Assembly: GCF_006345805.1 (NCBI RefSeq) | Contig: NC_042997.1 | Location: 8,184,001-8,248,000 of the forward strand | Direction: 5' to 3' | DNA length: 64,000 bases | From: Octopus sinensis | Lineage: Eukaryota | In this document: positions 1-14,382 of the stretch, one piece after another | How positions within the stretch are numbered: the first letter of the stretch is position 1 | Layout of the letters: the number at the start of each line of letters is the position of its first letter | Program-made: the position numbers and the translations under genes | Notes under the pieces: generated by a model | What the model was told of the DNA's origin: nothing | Databases searched by the model: none | The model's input: the letters and a program-made list of their open reading frames with translations, nothing else

Positions 1-960
1 GAAGAAAAGCTATAAAACAAATGAAATCCAAACTAAAACTAGAACAGCAAAGAACCATGATAAAACGATGGCAAGAAAAGCCCCTTCATGGTAAATACTG
101 GACTAAATTAATGCAAAAGAAATAGACAAAGAAAAATCCCAGCAATGGTTGAGAATCTCGGGACTCAAAGCAGAGACAGAGGGATTTTTAATTGCAGCAC
201 AAGACCAAAGCCTCCCCACTAGAAATTACCAAAAACATGTAATGAAAAGAAATATAACAAGTAACTGCAGAATATGTGGAGATGGACAAGAAACATCGAC
301 AAGAAACAATAAATCATATTATCTCTGGCTGCCCAGTCCTGGCTAAGAAGGAATATCTTCACAGACATGACAGAGTTGGAACCTACATACACTGGAAGCT
401 ATGCCAATATTATGGAATAACAACAGAAAAAAGATGGTATAGGCACACACCAGAAAATGTCACAGAAAACGAGAAAGCAACCATACTCTGGGATATGCCG
501 ATACACACAGATAGAGAAATTAAGGCCAACAGACCAGATATAGTTGTCAGAGATCATGAAGAAAAAAAATGCTTTCTAATTGATGTATCAATACCGGCAG
601 ATGACAACGTCTCTGTAAAAGAAATGGAGAAACATTCAAAATACAAAAACCTGGAAATAGAGTTAACCAGAATGTGGAATCTAAAAACAGAAACAATTCC
701 TATCATAGTAGGTGCATTAGGCATGATAAAAAAATATTCAGACAAATACATAACAAACACACCAGGACTTACAAACACATAACCTATAGAAAATTGCACT
801 ACTAGGCACTGCACACATCCTACGCAGAACACGTTCCATACAATAACCATCAGAGCATCACAAAAAATCACAGCACATACTCAAGGCACACAGAGCTGCG
901 CTCGGTAGTGAAGTGAAAGCACGCTATAAAAATAAAACTACTGAATAATAATAAAACTAC
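1..960 (+). mobile_element. 3' part of an R4/Dong-like non-LTR retrotransposon (CCHC knuckle + restriction-like endonuclease), frameshifted, running off the window start
   Basis: ORFs 149-346 and 276-782 join to ETEGFLIAAQDQSLPTRNY..CRICGDGQET/INHIISGC..HRHD..RPDIVVRD..LIDVSIP..K..KY (CCHC + PD-D/ExK). The frameshift comes from a short duplication (gacaagaaaca x2, ~281-305). The 3' UTR ends in a duplicated aataaaactactgaataat and (AAT)n. Confidence 0.85.
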
Positions 961-1029
961 TGAATAATAATAATAATAATAATATAATAATAATAATATA
1001 ATAATAATAATAATAATATAATAATAATA

Positions 1030-1062
<33 letters not shown>

Positions 1063-1065
1063 TAA
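943..1065 (+). repeat. (AAT)n tail of the LINE
   Basis: Interrupted AAT array directly after the LINE 3' UTR. Confidence 0.9.
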
Positions 1066-1084
1066 TTGTTTCTAATATAAGCAC

Positions 1085-1262
1085 ATTTTGTGGGAAGAGG
1101 TCAGTCAATTTCATCAACCCTAATCCTCAACTGATATTTATTTTATTTACCCCCAAAAGGATGAAATCAAAGTTCACTTCGGCGGAATTTGAACTCAGAA
1201 AGTAAAACCCGAAGAAATGCTGGTAAGCTAAGTATTTTGTCCGGCCTTCTAACAATTCTTTA
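1085..1262 (-). mobile_element. tRNA-derived SINE, family A (degenerate)
   Basis: aaggatgaaatcaaagttcacttcggcggaatttgaactcag matches the copies at 5.6, 14.8, 29.6 and 62.7 kb; the reverse complement carries a box-B-like GAGTTCAAATTCC. Confidence 0.7.
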
Positions 1263-1296
1263 GGATCATTAGCCTTATAATTTCTTCTGCTTTAAG

Positions 1297-4028
1297 TACA
1301 TATCTGAAGGAAATGATCCGTCAAGATGATTTTGTCTCACGGTAAGGAGTACAACAGGTCTTTCGATCCACCGGAAAACATTATCCCGTTTGAAAAAGGA
1401 ATAGCTATGACACTATTTGCTGTATTTCTATCAGAAACATACCGCAAATGCAGGCTCAAAGATACACTTCTGACTGTACAATTGTGCCTCAGTACATGGG
1501 TCAAGGAATAATAACAGAAAGCATTGGATACATGTATCTATAGACAGTGGTGCAATTTTGTCCAAATCAAGCTTAATGAGAGGTGAGCTGTCACATAGAA
1601 CATCAAAATGAGCTAACAAGATCTAACGATGCAATATTCAAATGTCAGAACTCTGTTCACTAGATATCTACTAGATAAAACTCTAATTGCACTTCCAATC
1701 TCATATATGCTTTTGTCTGTTAAATAGTTAGGTTTAAGTGACCATTGCCTCATCAACTATGATATTACTATTATCTTTGCTGCTGTTGCACATAAAGCGA
1801 ATTGATTCAAACACACACCTAAAATTTAAGGTTTTGTAAATTGTATTTTGTCAAAGTAACTGTTGCTTTTAATACTTTTATCTGCAAATATATGCAAATA
1901 TATTTCATCATAGTTTGGTTTCACTGGTAACAGTCTCAACATTGCCTAATGAAATGGTGAATTTATGTAATAATGTAAGTTGCGTAACAGCATGTAATAT
2001 ATGCATTATTGAAGAAATGACCACTCTGTGGAAACGCGTCCGTCACAAATTTGAGCTCTCCACTCTAGTTCTTTTATTATATTATAAACCATGTAATATG
2101 TGCAGCGTCTTGTTACAACAAATATGAATTCACAGCACAGGAGAGTTAAGAACACTTTATAACGGTATAATATCACAGTGGCTCCTCTGCTGACCGCTTG
2201 AATGATTGGGAGTGTTCATGTATTACTTGTGATTACCTTGATAAACGTTTGAGAACTACCAACATATTTGCGATGGTTATTTAGATCACCACTACTTGAT
2301 CTGTGTGTGTATGTATGTGTATGCAAGTGTGTGTATGTATGTGTATGCAAGTGTGTGTATGTATGTGCGTGTGCGTGTGTTCAATTTTCATATTAATGTT
2401 TTCTTCATTTGCATTTATAATACAATAAACTATACAATGGATAATACTATGATATATAAAGAAACTTCTACATCCTACAGACAAAAATATATTAATTGGT
2501 CTTTAGTAGAAATTAATTATCCAAAGCATGAGAAAGAACTGTAGCACTAGACAAAGCGAATTACGGTTTTAGTATATAATACCAAAATATTATTCTGTAA
2601 AGATATACATTATAATTAAGCAGTTATTTACATAAAATCACAATTAAGGATTATGTAAATTACAGTATATTAACTAAAGCAATATATCTATGCAGTAAAC
2701 AAAGTGATTATATGCCACTGACTAATGCTGCATTTGTTAATATATGTGTGAATTTATTAACATCGGCAATACGGCAATCATACATTAGCAAACTTGTGAC
2801 ATTGAAACAGACATGTTGCATATTGTAAAAACTTTTAAGGAAACATCTATAAGACGAAAAAGCTAAATACTATCCAAAATCTCATTGGTATTCATAGAAA
2901 ACGGAAAATTAGATTAGATATATCTAGAATGGATTTGTGCTTGGATATTTTTTGGTTGTTTTCTGTTTCTGATGATACTTTAGTCAGGATAGTTGTATAA
3001 CACCATGAAAAAATTTACAAACAAAACTGGAAAAAAACACTCTCTGACGAACTCTTTCAAGTAATACTCACATATAGATTAGAATATACACACTGTACAC
3101 ACATATGTATGTGTTTATGTGTCTATGTGTGAGTGCATTTATGTTCACGTTTGACTGTGTGTGTATAAAAATGTGTCTAAGCATTTCTAAATATGCAGGA
3201 GTGTACACAGAAATACATATGCACACAAACAAATGTACACACACACACCATATACATATTGATAAAAACAAGCATGCATACCTACATATATATATATACA
3301 TATGCATTTATATACGTGTGTATGTGTATATGTGAGTGTGAGTGATTATGCATAGGAATGTATATGCATACGTATATAATGTGTACGACTCGTTTGGGAC
3401 GATGTTCAGAAATTATGCCTTGCCTTTGCTAAAGACTAAACCAAATTATAGCCAATTCTTCAATTCAGTTGACATCTTTATTGATCTCAGTACTCTTCTA
3501 CTTGATGCTTGGAAGGATAATGGCACTCTTGATACACAGAATATCAATTGGTTGGTTGCTTTGTTACTTTTTGCATGTAGAAAATAGCAATAACACGAGG
3601 TTTTATAAATTGAGATTTTTTTTTTAGTCTTCGCTATTATTTATTACTATTACATTTCCTTTTGTTTTTATGCAGATAGAAGGTAATTGTAAGGAAAAGT
3701 ATCATGTTTTACATGAAAGATTGTTTTCCAGTTTACAGAGGTTCTTACATAAAATGGATTTTCTGCAGGTAATGTTTGTATCAAGAAATGGTTTATAACT
3801 CTTGCCTTCTATCCATAGAAAAAAAAGTTGATAGAATTTATCAGTTACAATTGTTCTATAGAAATATACAACATTAACTATTGCAGCTGAAGTTAGTGGT
3901 AGAGTCCCTCGAACAATGCAAATCATGATACTAATATTTCACCCTTTACAAATGGCTGTATTTATGATATTTAGGAGCTATATTTGTATTGCGAGCTTTC
4001 ATTGCCCAACCAAATATACCCCTGTTAG
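1297..4028 (+). CDS. Candidate last five coding exons of an unidentified host gene: 1297-1341, 1544-1582, 1914-1974, 3676-3768, 3975-4028 (stop)
   Basis: All have AG/GT boundaries (donors gtaagg, gtgagc, gtaagt, gtaatg), phases chain 2-2, 2-2, 2-0, 0-0, 0-stop, and the frame is open: TYLKEMIRQDDFVSRQWCNFVQIKLNESLVSLVTVSTLPNEMVNLCNNIEGNCKEKYHVLHERLFSSLQRFLHKMDFLQELYLYCELSLPNQIYPC*. AATAAA at 4282. No family recognised; 3676-3768 has the strongest splice signals. Confidence 0.4.
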
Positions 4029-5519
4029 TTTTGAATACCAATAGAGATTTGTTTTGACTTAGTGTTTTCTCTTGATATGATTCTACGTAATATATGCGAA
4101 ATTCATATTCGCACTATTTTCTATATGTTGTGTATGTTTATGACCGGAAATGACTCTGACGAAATTAGCATTAATTGTTTAGGTCGTTCAACTTTTCTCA
4201 ATCTATCAGGACGAATATGTAAATCTATCAATAACGAACCTATAATGAATACTGGAAACAGCCGTAAGCCAAATTTACTACAATAAAGAAATGTGCAATG
4301 ACCATTATTTATCCCTTGTCTGCGCATTCTTTTCGAAAATATATTATAGTTTGCTGGTACTTTGGTACTAGTCCCAATGGTATTCTCTGGTGGTACTAGC
4401 CAACAATATCGATTACTGTAACCTCCTTGTCTTCTATTGTTTCATAGAATAGAACAGTTGCCTAACTATTTGAGACATTTTCTGGTATTTACGTATATCA
4501 TTTCCGTTGGTACTAGAAATATTAAACGTCCGAGTTTTATAATTCTGGTTTAACTTTAAATATATGAAAACCACAAGTCTACCATACATATTTTCTTATT
4601 CACTCTTGTCTAAGACTAGACAGCCAGAAATCATATGAATATGCGTTGTGGTTATTTATTTTATTCGACATCATTGCGCGTAGTTAATACTTTCTAGGGG
4701 GACATCAATGATTATGGGCGACAACAGAGAAATAAAACATAATCGGTTTCAGTTTTGAGTCCTGCATTTCTCATCCAAACATTTGATACTTTATTTTTAT
4801 CCATTTCCCCCATTTAGTTTTGTAGGCATTATTTTTGTAATGCATTTTATATTTGGTTTTTGCTTCTGCAAAAATAATCTTCCATTATTCGTTAAATTAT
4901 CTTTTTCTTTTATAGGAGATAGTTATATGTTGTATTTTTTATTTGCAGCGGCTTCTTACTTTTCTATATGCGTGGTAAAGTTTTGTAAAGGGTTGCTCTA
5001 CATGCCGTCAAAGATTTTCTGTTTTCCGTTTCTATCTTGTATTACTAATTCATTTAGCCACCATTTCAAAATGCTTTAGCAATAACTAACAATTACGAAA
5101 ACTAGATTATTGATGCGTATTATCTTCATTTTAAATGTTCATGGAATGTATATGTAATATTCTATAACCCTACGCTATTGGTGTGCTTTTTCTTTTCCTA
5201 AACTGATTACTTTTTTGCAAATTATTTGCAAATTAGTGTTATATTAATTATCTTTTCTCCGTTTCATTACCTGGTTTCATATTGGTGTTTTGAGTAATTA
5301 TTCACCCTTCCAATGTTAACTGCTATATATATATATATATACATTTTTCATAGCATATCTTCAGGTAAATGACAGTAATATTTCTATTAGAGATTCGATT
5401 CTTTTTATCATATGCAGTGGACATGTTTGGTTCAACCATAAACAAAATTAGTTTAATTATCAGCCCTTTGAATTTGTACTGGAGTCCACTCTGCTGTGAC
5501 GCAGCGAGTATATGTGGTG

Positions 5520-5712
5520 AAACGTATTTCTTTACTACCCGCAAGGGGCTAAACATAGAGAGGACAAACAAGGACAGACACACGGATTAAGTCGATTAGA
5601 TCGACCCCAGTATGCAGCTGGTTATTTAATTCATCAATCTCGAAAGGATGAAAAGCAAAGTCGACCTCGGCGACAGACGAAATACCGCAAAGCATTTCGC
5701 TCGGCACTAACA
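5520..5712 (-). mobile_element. tRNA-derived SINE, family A
   Basis: ggacaaacaaggacagacacacggattaagtcgatt..gaaaggatgaaaagcaaagtcgacctcggcg, the same motif order as 14757-14955. Confidence 0.75.
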
Positions 5713-5794
5713 GGAAAGTAACACCGGTAGACTCTTCCTAGGTAATTTCAATCCCAATGACGATATGAATAGTCTGATGTTATTAATATTATTT

Positions 5795-6575
5795 TTATTA
5801 TTCAGTCGTTTTAATTTTAACACATGTATTCACTACACTAACGAGCGCTGATTTATGTGCCTTGGGTACATGCTGCGCTTCGGTGTAGAGCTCTTATTTT
5901 CACTGTCTTGAAAGTGTTTTATTTAGACTGTGCGCGGTGCCAATTAGTGCTGTTTTCTGTATGTTATGTAAGTCCTGGTGTTTTTGTTACGTATTTGTCT
6001 GAATATTTTTTATCATACCTAATGCACCTACTATGATAGTAATTGCACCTGTTTTCAGGATCCACATTCGGGTTACCTCTATTTCCAGGTCTTTGTGTTT
6101 TGAAAGTTTCTGTTTCTTTTAGAGAAACATTGTAATCTGTTGGTATTGATATGTCGATTAGAAAGTATTTTTCCTCGATGATATATGGCAACTATGCCCG
6201 GCGCATTTCCCTTAATTTCTATATCTATGTGTATTGGCAATCCCAGAGTATGGTTGCTTTCTAATTTTCTATGACCTTTTCTGGCGTGTGCCTATACCAT
6301 CTTTTTTTATCTGCTGTGATACCATAGAGTTGGCATAGACTCCAGTGTATATAGGTCTTACCTCTCTCATGTCTGTAAATATATTCCTCCTTAGCCAGGA
6401 CTGGGCAGACAGCGACAATATTATTTATCGCTTCTTCCCTATCTCCACATATTCTGCAGTTACTTGTATTTTATTTCATTACATGCTTGTTTTTAGGGAT
6501 TTCTGGTGGGAAGGCTTTGATCTTGTGCTGCAATTAAAAATCTCTCACCCTTTACTTTCAGTCATATAATTACCT
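5795..6575 (-). mobile_element. 5'-truncated R4/Dong-like LINE (same subfamily as 1-960)
   Basis: Reverse complement aligns to 150-960 (ORF 5964-6191 FLIDISIPTDYNVSLKE..KKYSDKYVTKTPGLT; CCHC region at ~6400-6570). It has the same 3' UTR ending aaaacgactgaataata. Confidence 0.8.
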
Positions 6576-6576
6576 T

Positions 6577-6599
6577 CATCATCATCATCATCATCATCA

Positions 6600-6666
<67 letters not shown>

Positions 6667-6700
6667 ATTATTATTATCATTATCATTATTATCATTATGT
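6577..6700. repeat. (CAT)n-(TAT)n compound microsatellite (tail of the adjacent LINE)
   Basis: Directly visible; reads (AAT)n on the minus strand after the 3' UTR of 6720-8800. Confidence 0.9.
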
Positions 6701-6719
6701 TTTCGTTGTCATTCATTTG

Positions 6720-8800
6720 TTATATTCGAGCTCTCCCAAGTCTCAACGAGTGACCTGTATTAACAGCATGTTAGACAATTTACTGCAGATTTTCTGTATG
6801 TTTAGTAATGATATTTCAGAGAGAGAAGACCAAATATTAAGAATAGTATTTTTTGTAATTTTTGCGATTTAGTAAGATGTCAAAATATTCACATATTCTC
6901 AGGTTGACAGTATTTTTTCGTATGATGACATTTGTACTCATGAGAACAACTTTCTAGGGTTCTCTTAATTTTCCAGGTCTTCTGGTATTTCATCGAAGAA
7001 TTTAAGAACCACATTTGATAATACCCACGAAACTTCTATCACCACAGGTACAGTTTTGATTTTTAGGAACCACATTTTCGTGACCTCGGTTTCATTAGAT
7101 TTGTATTTAGTTTTTTTAAGTATTCAGTTATCTTGCAATCCGCTGGGGTGGATATGTATGAGCAAACGTTTTGTCAGCATGATCTTTCACTACAACATCT
7201 GATCTATGTTTTGGATAGCTCGATCATTATACATAATAAAATCCCTAAGAAGGATAATATATATATTTTCTACTACATTGATAGTCTTATGTTCCTATCA
7301 ATTTTTTCTCACATGAGAGTTCAAATTTACGGCATATGATCCAACTCAAATACTGAAGATGTCTTTCATGCCGATTAGCATACGCAGTTGTGGCAAACAA
7401 ACAGCAGCCAAAGATGAGTTGCTCAATTATTTCTCTGGTTGTAGTACAAAAGCAACTAGAATGATCAGCACCATTTTTAAGATGCTGGCTTGATAATTTC
7501 TTGTGGGAAGACACTGATCTTGAAGCTCTCCATTTTGGTTTAAGATACACATCCAGTTATCTCAGATTTGTATCGACATTAGAATCACAGACCCCTGTAT
7601 GGTATTTATAATTTAATGTCTAATCCTTTGGTTTCTGTCTTTGTGACACTTGCAGCTGCATAAGTTCACGTCCTCCATCCTTTCGAGGGATGTTTAGTGT
7701 GTTTACATTTGCCTTTTTTTGTGATGTGTGTAGCGTAACGTGAGAAACTTATGTAATTGCTGTTTCAATATTATTTATCGCATTGGCGGACAATTTTTTA
7801 GTGTTAAAAACGCACATCCCTAAATATACAATAGCATTCTTTCCCTATTTACTTAGATCAGATTTCCGAGAGTTTTCTTTAAGTAAGCGGGCGATTGTTT
7901 TATCAGCTGTGTATCGTGTATCCATATATGGTGTCATTTAGCAGCTTAATTAGGAGAATGAAAGCCATGCAAAGAAATTGTTTAATATAAATGCTTATAT
8001 AGATTATTTGTATACAAAAGCTTATATAAATTATTTATATGAAAACGTTTACATACATTGGTTGTGGAAATGTCACCAGAGTTCATAAAATTCGATGTTA
8101 TAACTGTCTTCTTGTGCTTCATATTATTTGATAGAAATTACTAATAACCGGAGGGTATTTATAAATTTCCAAGGATTTCCTAATTCCACAATGCGGAAGG
8201 CTGTCAAACGCTTTTTTTACAATCAATTCATGCACTGGAAAGTAATGTTTATATATTACTATGAAACCTCAGTATCTTCGTTTTTGCAGGAATAACTTGA
8301 AAAGATAGAAGGTATAGTCCTATACTCAAGCCATTTTATTAACATTGAGTGATTGGGACTCGCTTGACATGTGTCGAAAGTTTCATATTTAGTTCCACTT
8401 GTTAGCTGAAGATCTATCTTTACACAAACGTATGGTAACATTTGCGCTCCTAGGTTATTTACTTACCACTCTTATTCTGTATATTTTGTAAATGGTTACA
8501 CTTACACTTTTACAAATCTTGCTTCTGAAAATGATTTAATGTTTTAAGAACTTACGCATTGTTTCCTTCTAACTTTCCAGTAACCCTATGCCAACATAAT
8601 TCATTATCTACCATGCTGGGTTTTTTTTTTTCTTTTTTTTTTTGCTGTTTAGCATGAGAGCATTTTTCACTGAATAGTCTTTTGATAGACCTTTCCCAAA
8701 CGTCGGTTTTGATGCATTATATAACTAGAACTATATCATATGATGTCTCTCACAATTTTAGAGCAATATATATTTTAAGAGGTTTGCTTAACGCTTACAG
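6720..8800 (-). mobile_element. Older, degraded R4/Dong-like LINE of a second subfamily (RT + CCHC + REL remnants)
   Basis: Minus-strand translation gives KKAFDSLPHCGIRKSLEIYK (~8150-8220, RT KAFDS motif), LLNDTIYGY (~7920), CFCTTTREIIEQLIFGC (ORF 7287-7550, CCHC) and a KIKTVPVVDRS-like REL tail (~7040). Many stops; the upper boundary is approximate. Confidence 0.6.
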
Positions 8801-10163
8801 CAGGTCATTTGGTCCTGCATAGACCCAACGTTATTAGGGTGATTGTGTATCAGATTCTCTATAGCACTGGACTGAATTTATTTCAGTATTTAATTCTCCT
8901 TGCGATCACATTTTGAAATTAATCTTCCCACCTTTCACATTTTAAATCGCAAAATGTTGTCTGGGGGAAAATAAGTACTTATAATATACTAGAGATTGTT
9001 ACACACTACTACTCCTCTACCAATCTGTTGATTTGGACCGAAGCTAGACATCATTACTTTCAATAATCGAGCTGTCGTATGATTAATGATGTTTCATATA
9101 ATGTATCTAAGACAACTCTCTCCAACGTGTGTGTCCTTTATTGTGAAAGGTATTATTGTTCATATCTCTAACAGGGCATGTCACCACAAAGGAGCTCCGT
9201 AGGCGGGACAGGGATTGTACAGCATTTTACGGAGTGTTTTAAAATACAAAACGCGTCTGCTGTAACTACATATTTGCACTTCTACTATAATTGAATATTC
9301 AGGTATATGTTGGATAACTTAGTTTTCACAATTATATTTTCCCCATATGCCAGGTCTGTTGGCCGGTGCCATTTTATATTGGAGCAATTATATATGTGTA
9401 TTGGTGTAAGCATCTTAGAGTGTGCGTGAATGTATGCAGATGAGTGTACATGCGTACGTGTGTGTGTGCGTATATGGCCTTTACAAATTTAAGAAATATT
9501 TTGGGAACGAGAAAAATATGTTACGCTCCTGTTGACATGGAAACAAAATTATTCCATAAATCTAATGAATTGAAACATCTGGCCGTAAGCTGATATTGTG
9601 AATTAGGCTGCGCTGCTCTGGTGTATATTAATATGTTAGCTTATATTAAAAGACGACTCATTCAATTTTTTTCTGCTTCCGTAGTCTGTTAAAAAGAAAT
9701 GGTACCATTTGCGAAAAACGTTACTTCTCTATCAGTGACAATGATTAGATTACACGTTAGTGAAGCAGATTTTTAATTTTACATAATTCGAGGTCTTTAA
9801 TTCCAGCAATAGAAACATTGATTTTATATATATGTTCCATAATTTCAGAATGGATAAAATTTCGTCTCAAGCTGATTCAATTAATCAAATCAAATCATAA
9901 TAAGTCAGAAATACCTAAAATAGTTGCTAGTTAACAACTAGTCTACAAGCTTATTACTGTCTAACTTAATAGTTTGCGGTGGTCATTTTATTACTGTGGA
10001 TAAAGGTTTCATGCATTACCGAAATGGAATTCTTTGAAAATTAGATATGTGAAATGTAAAGAACAAGCAAATCGAGATATATGAACTTTTATGTGATCAT
10101 GTACACACACACACACATACAGACACACGCATATGAATGTATCTTTGTATAATTCTATATGCA

Positions 10164-10201
<38 letters not shown>

Positions 10202-10546
10202 TATGTATGTACGTATATATATATGCATGAGTTATGTGTATGAATCATTGTACGTATACACATATGTTCAAAGATATGTTCAGTCATAAATAAACACATG
10301 ATCACACAAATTTATACAACATATAAACGCACGCTTATATGCACGTATCATAATGGCATACGTTCAGAATAGTGGATATAAACAAATTATTTTTACGGTT
10401 TAATGTGAACATGAATTTGATATTGCCTTTGTTATATTTATACTACAGCATTAATGGTAAATAAAAATTACACACACACACACACACTCATATATATATA
10501 TATGTATGTATATATGTATGCATATATATATGTGTGTGTGTATGTA

Positions 10547-10604
<58 letters not shown>

Positions 10605-11254
10605 TCTGATTTTTTATTTATTTTTGCTTTTCTCTTCCTTAACTTGTCTATGCAGAAGAACAGTAACAATAGAGACTCAAAGACGAAAAAATTAATGATA
10701 ATAATAATAATGATGATAATAATAATAATATAATAATAATAATAATCTCATACAACCACACTTCTATGATTCCATATTTTGCTTAGCAAAATAATGATCT
10801 AAATGCGTTATTTTTTTCTTTTACATTTGATCATTACTGTTATTGTTGTTGTTGTTGTTGTTTTATTAATATTGTTACTACTGTTGTTGTTGATATCATT
10901 CTTGAAATCTATCCATGCAGATGGATATTACTGGAATATTCTTTAGGGTAGATTTGTATATTGATGCGTTGGCTCTGAATGATCTGCCTATTGTCCTATG
11001 CAAAAAAAAAATTAAAGTTATTGTTATCAATATCTATATAGATACTTCTGAAGCAGATTATGTTTTGTAAATACCAGTTCTTTCGTAACTTAACGGCTAA
11101 ATAAAAGGAAGATAATTCCAAAAATATGCCTTGAATAGATAAATGCAAAAATCACACAATAAATTGACATAGAGAGCACTCATCACACAAATACACAAAT
11201 TATTATACATATATACACGCATAAAATTATGTGTGTTTGTGTATACATACGTAC

Positions 11255-11300
<46 letters not shown>

Positions 11301-12130
11301 CTGTGTCTGTGTCTGTGTCTGTGTGTGTACGTATGTATGTATATATATACATATGAACACATGCACATTTGTGTGTATTTGTGTGTGTGTTTCTACGCTT
11401 GTGTGTATGGCGCTTGTGTGTATATTAAAACATTATAAGATATGCACTTCCATAATTGTGTGTAATAACGCATCTATAGTAACACCCTGTTGGACATAAT
11501 TAGGCAAAGTAAGCATTTTCTGTAAGGATCTAATTTGCATTATTGGTACTTTGATTACTTGTTTTTTTTTTCTAGGTTACAATAATAATTCTAGGGTATA
11601 ATCGATGATACATATCAGAGTACTTCATTTATCAACTTGAATATCTGTTATCGATCACGTGGGATGGGAAATGAAAGGCAACATGTACCTACACAGATTT
11701 TTAATTCAAAATTTTAAGAGAGTTATCTAAACAACAAATTATTTAGTCCAACAGTTTATTGTGCCTGATATTCACCACCATTTCGAAAGGAAAATAATAA
11801 GCATATGTATAATTCATCACGTAGAGGTTAATTACAATACTTAACTGTCACCAACATCAACATCACACTCATCACAAACATCACCATCATGATAATAGTT
11901 ATTGTATAAATATACTCTAACCCTGTCTCCCTCTCTCTTTCTTTATTTCTCACTCCCATTCCGTTTGTAAGTTACTCTTTCTAAATTCAAAGTTTCGACT
12001 GTAGCTCAAATTCACACAAATACGCAAATTTTGTAGTGAATTCTAGCGAAGCAAGAATTTATGTAACACAACTGTTAAGATTAACAACGTTTTCAGTGTG
12101 GATGTGTTCAGTTTTCAGTAGATTTATATA

Positions 12131-12347
12131 CAGTAATTCCTCGCCGTGTCACAGTTCACCTATCATGGTTTATTAATTAACCGTACGTCGATTCCTACGT
12201 TGTGTTGTTTTTCATTCATAATAAAATAAATATATGCAAATTATAAAAATAATTTTAAAATATATACAGTGCTGCTTCTACTTCGCGGATTTCTACCTAT
12301 CATGGAGTTTTGGGAACGTAACACCCACGATTGTTGAGGGATTACTG
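12131..12347 (+). mobile_element. pogo/Tigger-like MITE
   Basis: TA-cagtaattcctcg ... gagggattactg terminal inverted repeats; a related copy lies inverted at 59866-60083. Confidence 0.6.
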
Positions 12348-14382
12348 CATATTGATTCATTACATATTAATTAAATCAGATATGATCTTTGTGCAATCAA
12401 GACAAATGCTCTGTCAATCATTATCTGTGTTGTGGGTAGTTAATGATTACTTTCTTTAGAAGCATATGTTGCATCTATTGTATCCGGATAGATCTGAGTT
12501 ATATGAATAACTAGAACACTTAGAAACAACATAATGACACACCAACTATATCACTTTTAAAGTATAATTTCTACGGATCTCAAACAAAACTGGTGTGGAA
12601 ATGGCAGACAAATTACAACTGATTCACTACAGTTCATTTAATGGGCATGCCTTTTATCGGTGCTGCATTATTTGTAATGCCGAACTGGCTCAATATGGCA
12701 TCGAACTTGAAACTATATGATTATGAAAAAAAATTTAAGCAGATAGTTATTTCAATTTTCAGTTAAAACTAGATGTGATTTGCTGACTGCATTCGCAAGG
12801 GAATATCCATCAACAAATATACATGGTGTAAAATGTTGCTAATATGATTTCGTAATAAGCAAATAAATATATGCATATAATTTGAAACAAAAATGACAAA
12901 TGTGAAGGAAACGTTCATAATTTAGTCATCCTACCCTTGCAATATTACAAGAAATTTATCGAATTTCTTTTTACAGTTGCTTTGCAAAAGGAAAAAGAAA
13001 AAAGAAAATTACTCAAATTTAGAAGAAGAGACTGTTAGATCAAATTTAGTATATTGCCCTTACAAAAGGATTAATGAAAGATTTTGATGAGCCACGATAG
13101 GAGATATGTCAGATATTTAAATACTATACTACTTGTGGAAATGGATATGATTTTATTGTTAAGTGTATACTACGCTATGTGGTAGTGTAAATTGATTATG
13201 AATGTTAAATGAAATAGACAGGCTTAGGAAAACGTATTAGAATATCCTAGTGCATTCGACTTAATTTAAAATAGTTGCTGTAAATATTACCAACTGCTAA
13301 TTATTGTACTTCAAATTTTAATTTTGGTGCCTTTCTGACATTGCAATTGAACCCTAATTAGTCAGGCCGATATTCCATACAAAGCAACCGCTTGAAGGAC
13401 TTCAACATTAGAGATAGGGATATATTTCTGCTATAATTATGTGGAATTAGTTAACATGAATCGTAGCGTGATGAAGAAGTTCGCTTCGTTTTCATGTTGT
13501 TTTGGGCTTAATTTCACAACATGGCATCTAGGAACACTTTATATAAATTCGGATTGAACACTACTTTGAATCTAATTTGAAAAGTAGAAACCGTGAAAAG
13601 ACCTGATTCATGTATGTGTATGTGTGTGTGTGTATTATATATTACAGAGGAGTCTATGTAATATTTTCTTAGCTGAGATTACTACAGATAACGCAAAAGT
13701 CGGACAGTTTTATACCCACTCATTTAGCAAATAGATGGGTTATTCTCATAACAATCATCAGTATCAGTGTGTGCAATTTTATGTGTGCTAGTGATTAGCA
13801 CAATAGATATCTATTGCTAAGTTGTTGTTTTTTTTTACAAAAACGTTAAGTTTATCTTTCGATAAAAGCGATCAATAGCAGACTATGATCGTTAGGTAAT
13901 TGACTAAAAAGCCTTGAAGGCGATGGCCTACCATAGATGCAATTCAAGGGCTGAAACCACAAAAAAGAAATCAATGGTGAAATAATTACTATGATAATCG
14001 TCTTCCTGTGTATTATGCGGAGACATTAGTTTGGTCTACATAAACATTTTAAAAAAGGAGAATGAATATGCATTGAATTTTTACAAATTGGTGTTGTCAG
14101 GTGTTAGACATTGGTTGAGCAGTGATTAAAAAGTTCAGAGAATGGAAATCACTGAAAAAACTGTTTATGTGTCTGAATTGATTTATACAGCTTTCTTATT
14201 ATATGGCCTCCTTAGATTATTGATGACAGGAATAGAACTTACGTCGAACTCATGTTATAGATAGAAAACATAGATTAGACGTTCTTACAGTATATTTCCA
14301 ATTAACACGGATCGAGCAGACCTACGATTGAAAATGTTCTGGCTATAACAGTTTATTTTCTGTTTTGATTATTTGGTTGCAG

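Noticed and set aside
554-871. 105-aa minus ORF and similar antisense ORFs (22926-23438, 23653-23886, 42496-42942, 43703-44011, 45485-45906, 49294-49590)
   Set aside because: Antisense shadows of LINE or Helitron coding sequence.
1431-2310. Alternative minus-strand exon chain (e.g. 1442-1540, 2238-2302, 5269-5322)
   Set aside because: Weaker or ambiguous acceptors and it overlaps the better plus-strand chain; cannot be supported without RNA data.
8462-8527. Minus-strand AG..GTAAGT exon-like segment
   Set aside because: Lies inside the decayed R4/Dong RT region; chance splice signals are common in AT-rich DNA.
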